A stretch of DNA of 49,633 nucleotides from Chitinophagaceae bacterium (GTDB lineage: Bacteria; Bacteroidota; Bacteroidia; Chitinophagales; Chitinophagaceae): the NCBI GenBank assembly GCA_947456025.1, contig CANGQQ010000001.1, positions 1 through 49,633 of the forward strand, in the 5' to 3' direction. Each line of letters begins with the position of its first letter. The stretch's first letter is position 1. A program made the translations under genes and the position numbers. The notes beneath the pieces were generated by a model that searched no databases, had not been told where the DNA came from, and was given only the letters and a program-made list of their open reading frames with translations. Positions 9,418 to 18,837 of the stretch are shown here, one piece after another.

Positions 9418-10452
9418 CTATGAATCTTCCCAAACCTTTAATCCTTCACTGCAATTGGAACAGATGTCAATATTCTTTCGACCCATCAACAGCTCTTTAC
9501 GGAACGCACGATAATTGTCATTGTTCCAAATCTGTTTGAACGTTTGTGTTTTCAAATTACCGAGACGATGCGCGGCATCCTTGTCGAAACAACAAGGAAC
9601 CACCAGTCCGTCCCAGGTAATGACGTTGGCATGCCACAATTTCCAGCAGTGGTTGAGCAGTTTGTTCTTGGGCACGTAGCTGCCATCGGACTTTTTGTGG
9701 TAGCGGCTGTACTTACCAAGAGTGGGAATAAGTTGGTTGGGATCCTTTTCATAATCGTACACCTGTGCGGTTTTGAACCACACATCATCCACCCCTACTT
9801 CCTTTGCCAACTGCTTTACTTCTTCCAATTGGTGTTCATTGGGTTTCACCACCAGGAACTGAAACACAACAAAAGGTGTTTTACGCTTCAGTTCTTTTTT
9901 CCATTTTACAATATTACGAGCCCCTTCCAGTACCTTGTTCAGGTGTCCGCCTACCCGGTATTGCTCGTACACTTCCTGCGTGGTTCCATCAATCGAAATA
10001 ATGAGTCGGTCGAGCCCGCTTTCCACAGTTTCCTTTGCCTTTGCATCAGTAAGGTAATGTGCATTGGTAGAGGTTGCCGTGTAAATCTTTTTTTCATGGG
10101 CATACCGCACCATTTTCAAAAAATCGGGGTTGAGGTAAGGCTCGCCCTGGAAATAGAAAATAAGATAGAGCAACTCTTTGTGAATATCGTCGATTGTTTG
10201 TTCAAAAAAACTTTTCTGCAACATACCGGTCGGACGGGTAAACTCCCGCAAACCGCTGGGACATTCAGGGCAACGGAGGTTACAACTGGTAGTGGGCTCA
10301 AAGGAAACAGAAACAGGATAGCCCCACTGAATGGGTTTTTGCAGCATTCGGCTCAGGGAATAACTGCTCCAAACCTTTAGTGCATTCCATAATTTCCGAA
10401 CCGTACACTTACCTAACAAATTCAATGTATCATTCCAATGCAAACGCCCCAT
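9418..10452 (-). CDS. Radical SAM/SPASM domain protein
   Basis: CNLRCPEC motif, YFQGEP, and C-terminal CWKLW..CCFD..CSNC auxiliary cluster ligands. Start chosen just after the TATCTTTG box. Confidence 0.92.
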   Translation of the reverse strand: MGRLHWNDTLNLLGKCTVRKLWNALKVWSSYSLSRMLQKPIQWGYPVSVSFEPTTSCNLRCPECPSGLREFTRPTGMLQKSFFEQTIDDIHKELLYLIFYFQGEPYLNPDFLKMVRYAHEKKIYTATSTNAHYLTDAKAKETVESGLDRLIISIDGTTQEVYEQYRVGGHLNKVLEGARNIVKWKKELKRKTPFVVFQFLVVKPNEHQLEEVKQLAKEVGVDDVWFKTAQVYDYEKDPNQLIPTLGKYSRYHKKSDGSYVPKNKLLNHCWKLWHANVITWDGLVVPCCFDKDAAHRLGNLKTQTFKQIWNNDNYRAFRKELLMGRKNIDICSNCSEGLKVWEDS

Positions 10453-10558
10453 AAGCGGCAAAGATAAACGCTGTATTGGTTTCATCTGAAACAGAACTGC
10501 CAAACCAGGATAAGACTATTTGGTTTTTGATCAGAAAAATGTATATTTGGTATATATA

Positions 10559-10572
10559 GTTGCATAAACAAC
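10559..10572. promoter_or_regulatory. Putative MarR operator
   Basis: Inverted repeat GTTG-cataaa-CAAC between the TATATTTG box and the marR start codon. Confidence 0.5.
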
Positions 10573-10575
10573 GGT

Positions 10576-11022
10576 ATGTCAAACAACCATTTTAAACGCG
10601 GTGAACTGTACAGCTTCATGACGGGGATGGCAACAACAGCTATTGCCCGAAGATTGCAGAAAAATTTCAAACAAAACGGCATTGAAATTACAGTAGAACA
10701 ATGGAGTGTACTGTACCACTTATGGAAGACAGATGGCCTGAGTCAACAGCAACTTTGTGATGCTACCTATCGCGATAAGCCCAGTATTACCCGGTTGGTA
10801 GACAACCTCGAGAAACTGCAACTTGTAAAACGGATTGCCAGCAAGAACGACCGTAGGATCAATCAGGTCTTTTTAACTGCACAGGGAAAAAAAATGGAGA
10901 CAGTGTCAATGAGCGTTGCGGAAACAACACTGAATGAATCACTGGAGGGTGTGCCGCAAGATCGAATTGAAATTTGCAAGGAAGTCCTGCAACTGGTCTA
11001 TGAAAATTTAAAAACTTCTTAA
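10576..11022 (+). CDS. MarR family transcriptional regulator
   Basis: ITVEQWSVL, DKPSITRLVDNLE, DRR motif. Lies 24 nt upstream of the acyl-CoA dehydrogenase. Confidence 0.93.
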   Translation: MSNNHFKRGELYSFMTGMATTAIARRLQKNFKQNGIEITVEQWSVLYHLWKTDGLSQQQLCDATYRDKPSITRLVDNLEKLQLVKRIASKNDRRINQVFLTAQGKKMETVSMSVAETTLNESLEGVPQDRIEICKEVLQLVYENLKTS

Positions 11023-11046
11023 TACACTTAACTAAATTCAAAAACT

Positions 11047-12837
11047 ATGAACTCCTCAACGATTGCAGCATCTCTCAAAGGTGGCGAGTGGCTGATTCAA
11101 CCCAGTCTCGCAAAAGAAACTTTTATTCCGGAAGATTTTAACGAAGAACAACAGATGGTCAAAGAAATGTGTGCCCATTTCCTTGAATCGGAAGTTATTC
11201 CGGTTGTTGCCAGACTCGATCAACAGGAAGCAGGTCTCATGATTGCCCTTATGGATAAAGCCGGCGAACAAGGCGTATTAGGCACATCCCTGCCGGAGGA
11301 ATACGGCGGACTGGGGAAAGACTTCATCACGTCAACGCTCGTGAATGAAGGGTTAGGAGGAGGCTATTCCTTTTCTGTTGCCGTTGCCGCACATACCGGT
11401 ATTGGCACCTTACCGATTCTGTATTTCGGCACACCCGAACAAAAAAGCAAATACATCCCCAAGCTGGCTACCGGAGAATGGAAAGGTGCTTATGGGTTGA
11501 CAGAACCCAACAGCGGCAGCGATGCATTGGGGGCTAAAACAACGGCCACGCTTAGCGCGGATGGGAAACACTACATTTTGAACGGACAAAAATGCTGGAT
11601 TACCAATGGAGGTTTCGCAGATATCTATACCGTTTTTGCCAAAATTGACGGTAAAGAATTTACAGCATTCATTCTGGAACGGGGAATGGAAGGATTTACT
11701 CAGGGACCCGAAGAACATAAAATGGGCATAAAAGGATCCTCCACCGTCCAATTGTATTTTCAGGATTGTAAAGTACCGGTAGAAAATCTATTGGGAGAAA
11801 AAGGGAAGGGACATATCATTGCGTTTAACATCTTGAACATCGGACGTCTGAAACTGGCAGCTGCCGCATTGGGCGCATCCAAAAGAAGCATCAACGTCGC
11901 TTTACAATACGCTTCTACACGCGAACAATTCAAAACGCCCATCATCGAATTTGGAGCCATGCAACACAAGCTGGCGCAAATGGCCATTCGGGTCTGGGTG
12001 CTCGAAAGTGCTCTCTACAGAACCGCCAAATGGATTGGCGATAAAGAACACACTTTGCTTCAGGAAGGCAAGCCCTTTAACGAAGCTTTGCTGGGGGCCG
12101 CCGACGAATATGCTATTGAATGCGCCATGCTGAAAGTAGATGGAAGCGAAATGCTGGATTTTGTGGTAGATGAAGGTGTTCAAATTCACGGGGGCAATGG
12201 ATTCAGCGATGAATACGATATCTCCAGAGCCTATCGCGACAGCCGAATCAACCGCATATTTGAAGGAACCAATGAAATCAACCGCTTGTTGACCGTTGAC
12301 ATGGTTTTAAAAAGAGCGATGAAAGGAAGACTGGACTTGATGAGTTCTGTAATGAACGTACAAAAAGAGTTGATGAGTATTCCGGAATTTGGCGCAGATG
12401 ACGATGCCCCATTTGCCAAAGAATACAAAGCCATTGCCAATTACAAGAAAGCCATCCTTTTAACCGCCGGAGCCGCAGTCCAAAAACTGATGATGAAGAT
12501 CGAACAGGAACAGGAAATCTTAATGCACATTGCCGATATGGCCATTCTGACCTTTAATACAGAATGCGCATTGTTGCGTGCGCACAAACTGGTAGAACAA
12601 AAAGGTGAACAATCCTGTGAGATGGAGCTGAATGTGATGCGCGTGTATTTATACGATGCAGCCGACCTGATTCATAAACACGGGAAAGATGCCATCAACG
12701 CATTTGCAGAAGGCGACGAGCAACGAATGATGCTCATGGGTCTGAAACGTTATACCAAAACGGAGCCGTTTAACAGTAAAGAGGCACGCAGAAAAATTGT
12801 TGCCCATCTTCGTACTTCCGGCCTGTACCCTTTATAA
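11047..12837 (+). CDS. Acyl-CoA dehydrogenase family protein
   Basis: LTEPNSGSD, LNGQKCWITNG, QIHGGNG, RIFEGTNEI motifs. Confidence 0.96.
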   Translation: MNSSTIAASLKGGEWLIQPSLAKETFIPEDFNEEQQMVKEMCAHFLESEVIPVVARLDQQEAGLMIALMDKAGEQGVLGTSLPEEYGGLGKDFITSTLVNEGLGGGYSFSVAVAAHTGIGTLPILYFGTPEQKSKYIPKLATGEWKGAYGLTEPNSGSDALGAKTTATLSADGKHYILNGQKCWITNGGFADIYTVFAKIDGKEFTAFILERGMEGFTQGPEEHKMGIKGSSTVQLYFQDCKVPVENLLGEKGKGHIIAFNILNIGRLKLAAAALGASKRSINVALQYASTREQFKTPIIEFGAMQHKLAQMAIRVWVLESALYRTAKWIGDKEHTLLQEGKPFNEALLGAADEYAIECAMLKVDGSEMLDFVVDEGVQIHGGNGFSDEYDISRAYRDSRINRIFEGTNEINRLLTVDMVLKRAMKGRLDLMSSVMNVQKELMSIPEFGADDDAPFAKEYKAIANYKKAILLTAGAAVQKLMMKIEQEQEILMHIADMAILTFNTECALLRAHKLVEQKGEQSCEMELNVMRVYLYDAADLIHKHGKDAINAFAEGDEQRMMLMGLKRYTKTEPFNSKEARRKIVAHLRTSGLYPL

Positions 12838-12858
12838 TGAAGGCGCCGCAGGAATCAG

Positions 12859-12888
12859 AAATCCTTTGCTAATTTGCAGAGGATTTTT
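12859..12888 (+). terminator. Intrinsic terminator
   Basis: aaatcctttgc...gcagaggattt stem followed by a T run. Confidence 0.75.
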
Positions 12889-12903
12889 GTTTAATACTCC
12901 ACT

Positions 12904-14640
12904 ATGTACAAGTTTTTGTTGCTTATCGTCATTTTTGTTGCTGTAAGAGTGCAGGCGCAGACTCCGCTCATCAAACGAGTCAGCCCTTCCAAAACTCAAA
13001 ACACGACCACCAAACCCCAACAGTTCATAACCGGAACCGTTTGCAACGGATGCTCCTTAACGATCAATAAAGAACCGGTACACGTATGGCCCACCGGTGC
13101 ATTTGCTATAGAGATTCAACTCAACAAAGGAGATAACAGTTTTGACATCACAGTGATCAATGCCAAAGGAATCCGGGAAACACAACAGATTTTTTATACG
13201 CTGCTTCCGGAAATCAGTGCGAAGGAGACCACGAAACCCACGATCGAATACTGGAGCATCTTTCCTCAGGGCGACCTGATGCTTCAAGTCGGCGATCGCA
13301 TTCAAATGACCGTAAAAACCTTGCCGGGCTGCACAGTGCAACTCGAAAACGGATTCGAATTGCAGGAAATACCGGTCTCCGATTCAATCGGAGTAAAAGG
13401 AGTATATAAAGCGGAATATACCGTGGGAGAAAAAGACAATTTACTGACGGCATCACCACTCCCGTTGAAACTATGCATTACAACTCCCGATGATCAGTTG
13501 ATTGAAGCACAAACACGCTTTCGTTACAGTAAAATGCCCCATCAGCCGATCCTGCTACAAACAACCGGAAAAATGCCCTACTTATTGATAGGTTTGGGAG
13601 AAGACCGCTTGGGCGGCGCAAAAATCGGCTACCTCGACTCATTGATCAGACTAAAAGCAATTGGGAAAACAGGTGATAAGTATTGTGTTCAATTGAGTGA
13701 AAAAAGAAAAGCGTACATTGAAGAGAAACATGTACAGCCTGTATTGAATGCGCCCTTCACTCCCGGCTCAATTACTGGGAATATGCGGGTTTGGGGCGAC
13801 AGTAGCTTTGACTATACATCGCTTGTACTGACGACCCGGCTACCCTACCAAAGTTTTCAGGAAATCAATCCTTCCAAAATCATCATTGAGGTTTTTGGCG
13901 CTTCCGGAAATACCAATTGGATCACACAACTACAAACGGCCCAGGAAATTGAGAGCGTCCAATGGAAACAAACGGAAACAGATGTGTTTCGCATCGAAAT
14001 TTCTCTCAAACACAAACAGCATTGGGGCTATACTGTTTATTACCAGGGAAATACTTTAATGATTCGAGTTAAAAGACCTCCGCTATCAAACACTTTGCAA
14101 CAACTCACGATTGGAATTGATGCAGGACATGGAGGCTCCAACAAAGGCGCGTTTGGTCTGACCGGCGTCATGGAAAAAGAGATGACACTGTTGTTGGCAA
14201 AGGAATTGGAAGAGGTCTTGTTAACCGATGGTATTAAAGTAATCATGAGCCGAAGAAATGACACCACTTTCGACAACCATGACCGTTATCTTTTTTTTAA
14301 AGAAAAGAATCCGGATCTGCTTATCAGTCTGCATCTCAACAGCAGTGCCGACCCAATCAATATCAGAGGAACAGGAACGTACTACAAGCATATCGGATTC
14401 AAATCACTGGCACAAGCGGTGTTGAAAGAAATCACCACCATCGGCTTGCCTGAAAATGGCCTTGTAGGAAATTTTAATTTTCTTTTGAATGGCCACACCG
14501 AATTCCCGAACGTTCTTATTGAAACCCTATACCTGAGTCATCCCGAAGAAGAGTATCTGATGCTGCAACCTGACTTCCGAAAGAAAATGGTACTGCAGAT
14601 TAAAAAGGGCCTTGAAAAATGGCTCGAAGCATGTGATTGA
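12904..14640 (+). CDS. N-acetylmuramoyl-L-alanine amidase (Amidase_3) with signal peptide
   Basis: C-terminal IDAGHGG..EKE..SLHLN..LIE zinc and catalytic residues are intact. N-terminal signal peptide. Confidence 0.92.
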   Translation: MYKFLLLIVIFVAVRVQAQTPLIKRVSPSKTQNTTTKPQQFITGTVCNGCSLTINKEPVHVWPTGAFAIEIQLNKGDNSFDITVINAKGIRETQQIFYTLLPEISAKETTKPTIEYWSIFPQGDLMLQVGDRIQMTVKTLPGCTVQLENGFELQEIPVSDSIGVKGVYKAEYTVGEKDNLLTASPLPLKLCITTPDDQLIEAQTRFRYSKMPHQPILLQTTGKMPYLLIGLGEDRLGGAKIGYLDSLIRLKAIGKTGDKYCVQLSEKRKAYIEEKHVQPVLNAPFTPGSITGNMRVWGDSSFDYTSLVLTTRLPYQSFQEINPSKIIIEVFGASGNTNWITQLQTAQEIESVQWKQTETDVFRIEISLKHKQHWGYTVYYQGNTLMIRVKRPPLSNTLQQLTIGIDAGHGGSNKGAFGLTGVMEKEMTLLLAKELEEVLLTDGIKVIMSRRNDTTFDNHDRYLFFKEKNPDLLISLHLNSSADPINIRGTGTYYKHIGFKSLAQAVLKEITTIGLPENGLVGNFNFLLNGHTEFPNVLIETLYLSHPEEEYLMLQPDFRKKMVLQIKKGLEKWLEACD

Positions 14641-14717
14641 TGTTAAAACATCGATCAAAGGATTTTCTTCCCGATTAGAATCGTTTTGTAAAACAATCAA
14701 ACATCTTTTTGAATGTT

Positions 14718-16094
14718 TTAGGGGATGTATAATTTTTGAACCAGATTGCCATTAGAAGTGCGGACGTTCAAAAAATAAATACCGGAAGACTGACCGGCGA
14801 TACGCACCGTAGCATTGTGCCATCCAACACCTAATCGCTTTGCAGGTTTTTGTACAACTAATTTCCCGGAAACATCATAAACAGAGAACTGAACCTGTCC
14901 GGATTGATTTACCCGAAACTGCAGTTGCCATTCGTCCTTTGCTGCTGCAGGATAGATACGAAGATCCTGAATCATTCCTTTGTTCATCGTTTGTACAGAC
15001 GTAGGATTTCCCAGTTCACTACAAGAAGGAATACTGCCGTTAAAATTATTATTGTCGGATGAACTACAACTCCTACACATGAGCCCTTTCAAAAAACAAG
15101 CACTTCGTTGAATCAGTATATCCTGCGAATAAACACAATGGTGATCCTGAAACGGCCAGGGCACCCCATTAAACGGTATCCAATGCACCTGTGAACATAC
15201 CTGCATCAACTGTTGCTTTTTGTAAATCCTGTAGGGACCATCGTGCAACGGATACGTTAAACAATCGCCGCACCCCAGCACCCTACCCCGTTGGAAAGGA
15301 ACGACACAATCACCGGCATCATGAAAACTGATCACCGGAATCCGCTCATTCATAACGCCTGTATCATTGATGGCACCGCAACTATTAATGACCGCCTTAA
15401 TTGTATAATCAGCAGGAAATGAATTACCCGAGGTATCCAATAATCCGAGTTGTTCTTTTGCCTGAGGAACATATGAATCCGCTTCCGTTTGAGTCCAAAA
15501 AGCTGTTTCCAAAGAGGTAATCCCACCCGCACTGATTCCACCAATGGCAATAAATGAAGTATCAATATTCCATCTAGATGCCAGATGAACCAGATAACGA
15601 AGCGCAGCACGTGCATCCTGCGTTGCCCTGTACTGTGCCAACTGAAAACCGGAAGCAAAACATTGGTCGGTACAATACAATGGCATTGTTGGACAATTCC
15701 ATCCCAACCTGTAGGTAATGGTCGCTGTCACAAAACCCCGACGTGCCATTTCCATACAATGGTAATTCATATCAAACCGACTTCCCCCGTAAAATGCACC
15801 GCCATGCACAAATACAATTAAAGGTCTTTTTTTCAGCGGATCCTGGAGTGTATCCGGAAAATAAACATCGAGCTTTAAGGAGTCATGGAGGCCGCTGAAA
15901 CTGCGCGCAACAGCATAAACCAGATTGCTGTCTTTTTTTATCACAGACGGCTCAAATACATTGTTTTGAGCAAACCTGTTCGTTATACAGAGATGAGATT
16001 GTGCATTTATGCGGGCACTGGACAATTGAATACACAGTGCAAGAATGCATATCTTGAACACTTTCTTTTGTAGAACAAATATTCGTTTAGTCAT
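14718..16094 (-). CDS. Secreted alpha/beta-hydrolase (esterase) with T9SS C-terminal domain
   Basis: HGGAF oxyanion motif, GISAG nucleophile elbow, and C-terminal IYP...YDVSGK...GIYFL...KL sorting-domain pattern. Confidence 0.85.
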   Translation of the reverse strand: MTKRIFVLQKKVFKICILALCIQLSSARINAQSHLCITNRFAQNNVFEPSVIKKDSNLVYAVARSFSGLHDSLKLDVYFPDTLQDPLKKRPLIVFVHGGAFYGGSRFDMNYHCMEMARRGFVTATITYRLGWNCPTMPLYCTDQCFASGFQLAQYRATQDARAALRYLVHLASRWNIDTSFIAIGGISAGGITSLETAFWTQTEADSYVPQAKEQLGLLDTSGNSFPADYTIKAVINSCGAINDTGVMNERIPVISFHDAGDCVVPFQRGRVLGCGDCLTYPLHDGPYRIYKKQQLMQVCSQVHWIPFNGVPWPFQDHHCVYSQDILIQRSACFLKGLMCRSCSSSDNNNFNGSIPSCSELGNPTSVQTMNKGMIQDLRIYPAAAKDEWQLQFRVNQSGQVQFSVYDVSGKLVVQKPAKRLGVGWHNATVRIAGQSSGIYFLNVRTSNGNLVQKLYIP

Positions 16095-16349
16095 GTAAAC
16101 AAATGCAATTAAGGCGTAGTCAAAATTAAGGCATGAATTTACAAATCTGGCACTACTTAAAGGGAAGCTCTACGCTTCACAAATAATATGGTGAAGTAGT
16201 TTAGAATCCCTTACCTTTGTGCTGTTATTTTGAGTAATACAGTGTTTTGTAATTGAATTTTTCTGATCTGCTACGCATAGTCTGCTAAAAGATAGTCTTC
16301 TTTACCGCCCGTATTTTCTCATATTTTTAATTTGTTCAATAAACTATTC

Positions 16350-16649
16350 ATGAACATTTATGTATCAAATTTAAGTTTCAACGTCAATGACGATGACTTA
16401 AAAGGATTTTTTGAAAGCTATGGTGAAGTCACCAGCGCAAAAGTAATTACCGATAAAATCACAGGCCGTAGCCGTGGTTTCGGATTTGTTGAAATGAGCG
16501 ATGATGCTGCTGCAAAAACAGCCATCAGCGAACTGGACGGTGGTACCGTTGAAGGTCGTGCAATCCGTGTTTCTGAAGCGAAACCAAGAGAAGAACGCAG
16601 CGAACGCCGCCCTTCTTACGGAAACAAAACGTACAACAACCGTTATTAA
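16350..16649 (+). CDS. RRM RNA-binding protein
   Basis: RNP2 IYVSNL and RNP1 RGFGFVEM. TACCTTTG at 16212-16219 implies a ~125-nt 5' leader. Confidence 0.95.
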   Translation: MNIYVSNLSFNVNDDDLKGFFESYGEVTSAKVITDKITGRSRGFGFVEMSDDAAAKTAISELDGGTVEGRAIRVSEAKPREERSERRPSYGNKTYNNRY

Positions 16650-16665
16650 TCGGTAAAACGTTAAA

Positions 16666-16703
16666 AAATAAAGAAGCCGCTTGATCAAGCGGCTTCTTTA
16701 TTT
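16666..16703. terminator. Perfect 38-bp palindrome, intrinsic terminator
   Basis: aaataaagaagccgcttga|tcaagcggcttctttattt. Confidence 0.85.
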
Positions 16704-16847
16704 GGTGCCTGTACATCCTATTTCATATAAACAACAAACACCCGGAAGTTGTTCAGAAAGAAGAAACTGAAGTGAGCAACAGATAGTTCGAGGAAAAAAT
16801 AGCATAAAGCCAATGCTTTTCTTAATTTTGTGGCATAATTTTCTTTT

Positions 16848-17879
16848 ATGTCCGAAGTAACTTCTGCCCCCGCCCTTACCGCCAAAGATTTTGCTACCGA
16901 TCAGGAAGTACGCTGGTGCCCCGGTTGTGGAGACTATTCCATTTTGGCACAAGTACAAAAAATCATGCCTACATTGGGAATTCCCCGTGAAAACATCGCC
17001 ATCATCAGCGGCATCGGGTGTAGCAGCAGGTTCCCCTACTACATGAACACCTTTGGCATGCATTCCATCCACGGAAGAGCAACGGCCATTGCTAGCGGAC
17101 TGAAAGCCGCCCGGCCTGAATTGAGTGTATGGATCGTTTCCGGTGATGGCGACAGCCTCAGCATCGGAGGGAATCATACCATTCATCTCTTACGTAGAAA
17201 TTTTGACGTGAATATCCTCATGTTCAACAATCAGATTTACGGGCTTACAAAAGGTCAATATTCTCCTACTTCGGAAGAAAAAAAGATCACGAAAAGTACC
17301 CCATTCGGAAGTATTGATCACCCCTTCAATCCGTTGGCACTGGCAATGGGTGCAGATGCGAGTTTTGTGGCACGCAGTATGGATCGTGACCCCAAACACC
17401 TCCAGGAAATGCTGATCCGAAGCAACAAACACAAAGGAGCTTCTTTCCTTGAGATCTATCAAAACTGTAATATTTTCAACGATGGCGCATTCGAAGTGTT
17501 TACGGAGAAATCAAGCAAGGCAGAAGAAGCCCTGTTTTTAACGCAGGGTAAACCACTTGTGTTTGGCGCCAGTCAAAATAAAGGGATCAAATTAGACGGA
17601 TTCAAGCCGGTTGTCGTTAATCTGGAAGAAGGAAATAGTGCCGATGATTTGTGGATTCACGACGAGCACGACTTCTACAAAGCACAGATATTGGTTCGTA
17701 TGTACGATAATCCGCAACATGCCGAGCACTTACCAAGACCCTTTGGTGTGTTTTACGAAACAGAACGCGCCTGCTACGAAGATGTCATGCAATTACAAAT
17801 TGAAGAAGTTATTGCAACGAAAGGGAAAGGCAATCTCGATAAGCTACTGCGTGGCAACGAAGTATGGGAGATCCATTAA
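16848..17879 (+). CDS. korB: 2-oxoacid:ferredoxin oxidoreductase beta subunit
   Basis: WCPGCGD, SGIGCSSR, HGRA, GDGD..SIGGNH, NNQIYGLTKGQ TPP-binding motifs. Substrate specificity is not determined. Confidence 0.92.
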   Translation: MSEVTSAPALTAKDFATDQEVRWCPGCGDYSILAQVQKIMPTLGIPRENIAIISGIGCSSRFPYYMNTFGMHSIHGRATAIASGLKAARPELSVWIVSGDGDSLSIGGNHTIHLLRRNFDVNILMFNNQIYGLTKGQYSPTSEEKKITKSTPFGSIDHPFNPLALAMGADASFVARSMDRDPKHLQEMLIRSNKHKGASFLEIYQNCNIFNDGAFEVFTEKSSKAEEALFLTQGKPLVFGASQNKGIKLDGFKPVVVNLEEGNSADDLWIHDEHDFYKAQILVRMYDNPQHAEHLPRPFGVFYETERACYEDVMQLQIEEVIATKGKGNLDKLLRGNEVWEIH

Positions 17880-17943
17880 ACTTACGTTTAGGCGTCCTTT
17901 TAACTTTACAACTTCTTCTTGAAGACAATCCAACAATTTGCTG

Positions 17944-18837
17944 ATGGTGCAACGTCATCTTCTTTTTTTATTCAATCCTAAATCGGGGTCGCAAAAAAAT
18001 AAAAGACTGTATGATGAAATCCACGAAGCTTGTAGCAGAAGTGGTATTCGTTATGAAATTCAAACCAGCCGTGCAGACGGGAACTACGATGACACACGCC
18101 GGCATATTTTAAGCAATGCCATTACGGATGTTATTATTGCCGGAGGCGACGGAACCATCAGTGCTGTAACTTCAGCATTGCGCGACTTGCCGGTAGTCTT
18201 CGGCATTCTTCCACTTGGATCGGGCAATGGACTTGCTCTTGCCGCAGGAATCTCCAGAAATCTGCGTTCAGCGCTAGAAACGATTTTAAAAGGGAACCAT
18301 CGCTTTGTGGATGCCTTTACAATCAATCAACAATTCTCCTGCATGTTGTGTGGATTAGGATTTGATGCACAGGTAGCACATGATTTTGACCGACAAACAA
18401 AACGCGGATTTCTAAAATATGTAGCGCTAACGTTGAAACATCTCACCAGAATCCGCAATTATACGTTCCACATTCAAGCACAACAAGTCCAATTAAAAAC
18501 CAAGGCTTATTTCCTCAGTATCGCCAACAGCAATCAGTTTGGAAATCATTTTACGATTGCACCCAAAGCACAATTATCAGACGGACTGATTGATGTTGTA
18601 ATCGTTGAGCGATCGAATTTTCTGTTTTTACTCCCCAAACTTCTTTGGCATATTCGCAATGGAAGGATTACGGAGAACTTCAAAAAAACGCATGGAATCA
18701 TCTACTTTCAAACACAAGGTCTGACCATTTTAAATCCGGACCATGCCCCTCTTCATATAGACGGCGACGGCAAACCAACAGCCGACCGATTCAAGGTTGA
18801 AATCATTCCAAATGCCTATCGCTTAATCATGCCCTGA
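17944..18837 (+). CDS. Diacylglycerol/lipid kinase family protein (YegS/DgkB-like)
   Basis: NPKSG, GGDGT, LPLGSGNGLA, HIDGD motifs. Confidence 0.92.
   Translation: MVQRHLLFLFNPKSGSQKNKRLYDEIHEACSRSGIRYEIQTSRADGNYDDTRRHILSNAITDVIIAGGDGTISAVTSALRDLPVVFGILPLGSGNGLALAAGISRNLRSALETILKGNHRFVDAFTINQQFSCMLCGLGFDAQVAHDFDRQTKRGFLKYVALTLKHLTRIRNYTFHIQAQQVQLKTKAYFLSIANSNQFGNHFTIAPKAQLSDGLIDVVIVERSNFLFLLPKLLWHIRNGRITENFKKTHGIIYFQTQGLTILNPDHAPLHIDGDGKPTADRFKVEIIPNAYRLIMP

Noticed and set aside
9544-10380. 278-aa + strand ORF and other long antisense ORFs (e.g. 29000..29650, 16698..17186)
   Set aside because: They lie antisense to well-supported genes and have no recognisable motifs.
9418-10452. RiPP cluster around the radical SAM/SPASM gene
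   Set aside because: No precursor peptide, RRE domain, peptidase or ABC exporter is nearby.
16690-16786. Protein-like frame GFFIWCLYILFHINNKHPEVVQKEETEVSNR* before korB, a possible gene remnant
   Set aside because: It has no start codon, begins inside the terminator and resembles nothing I recognise.
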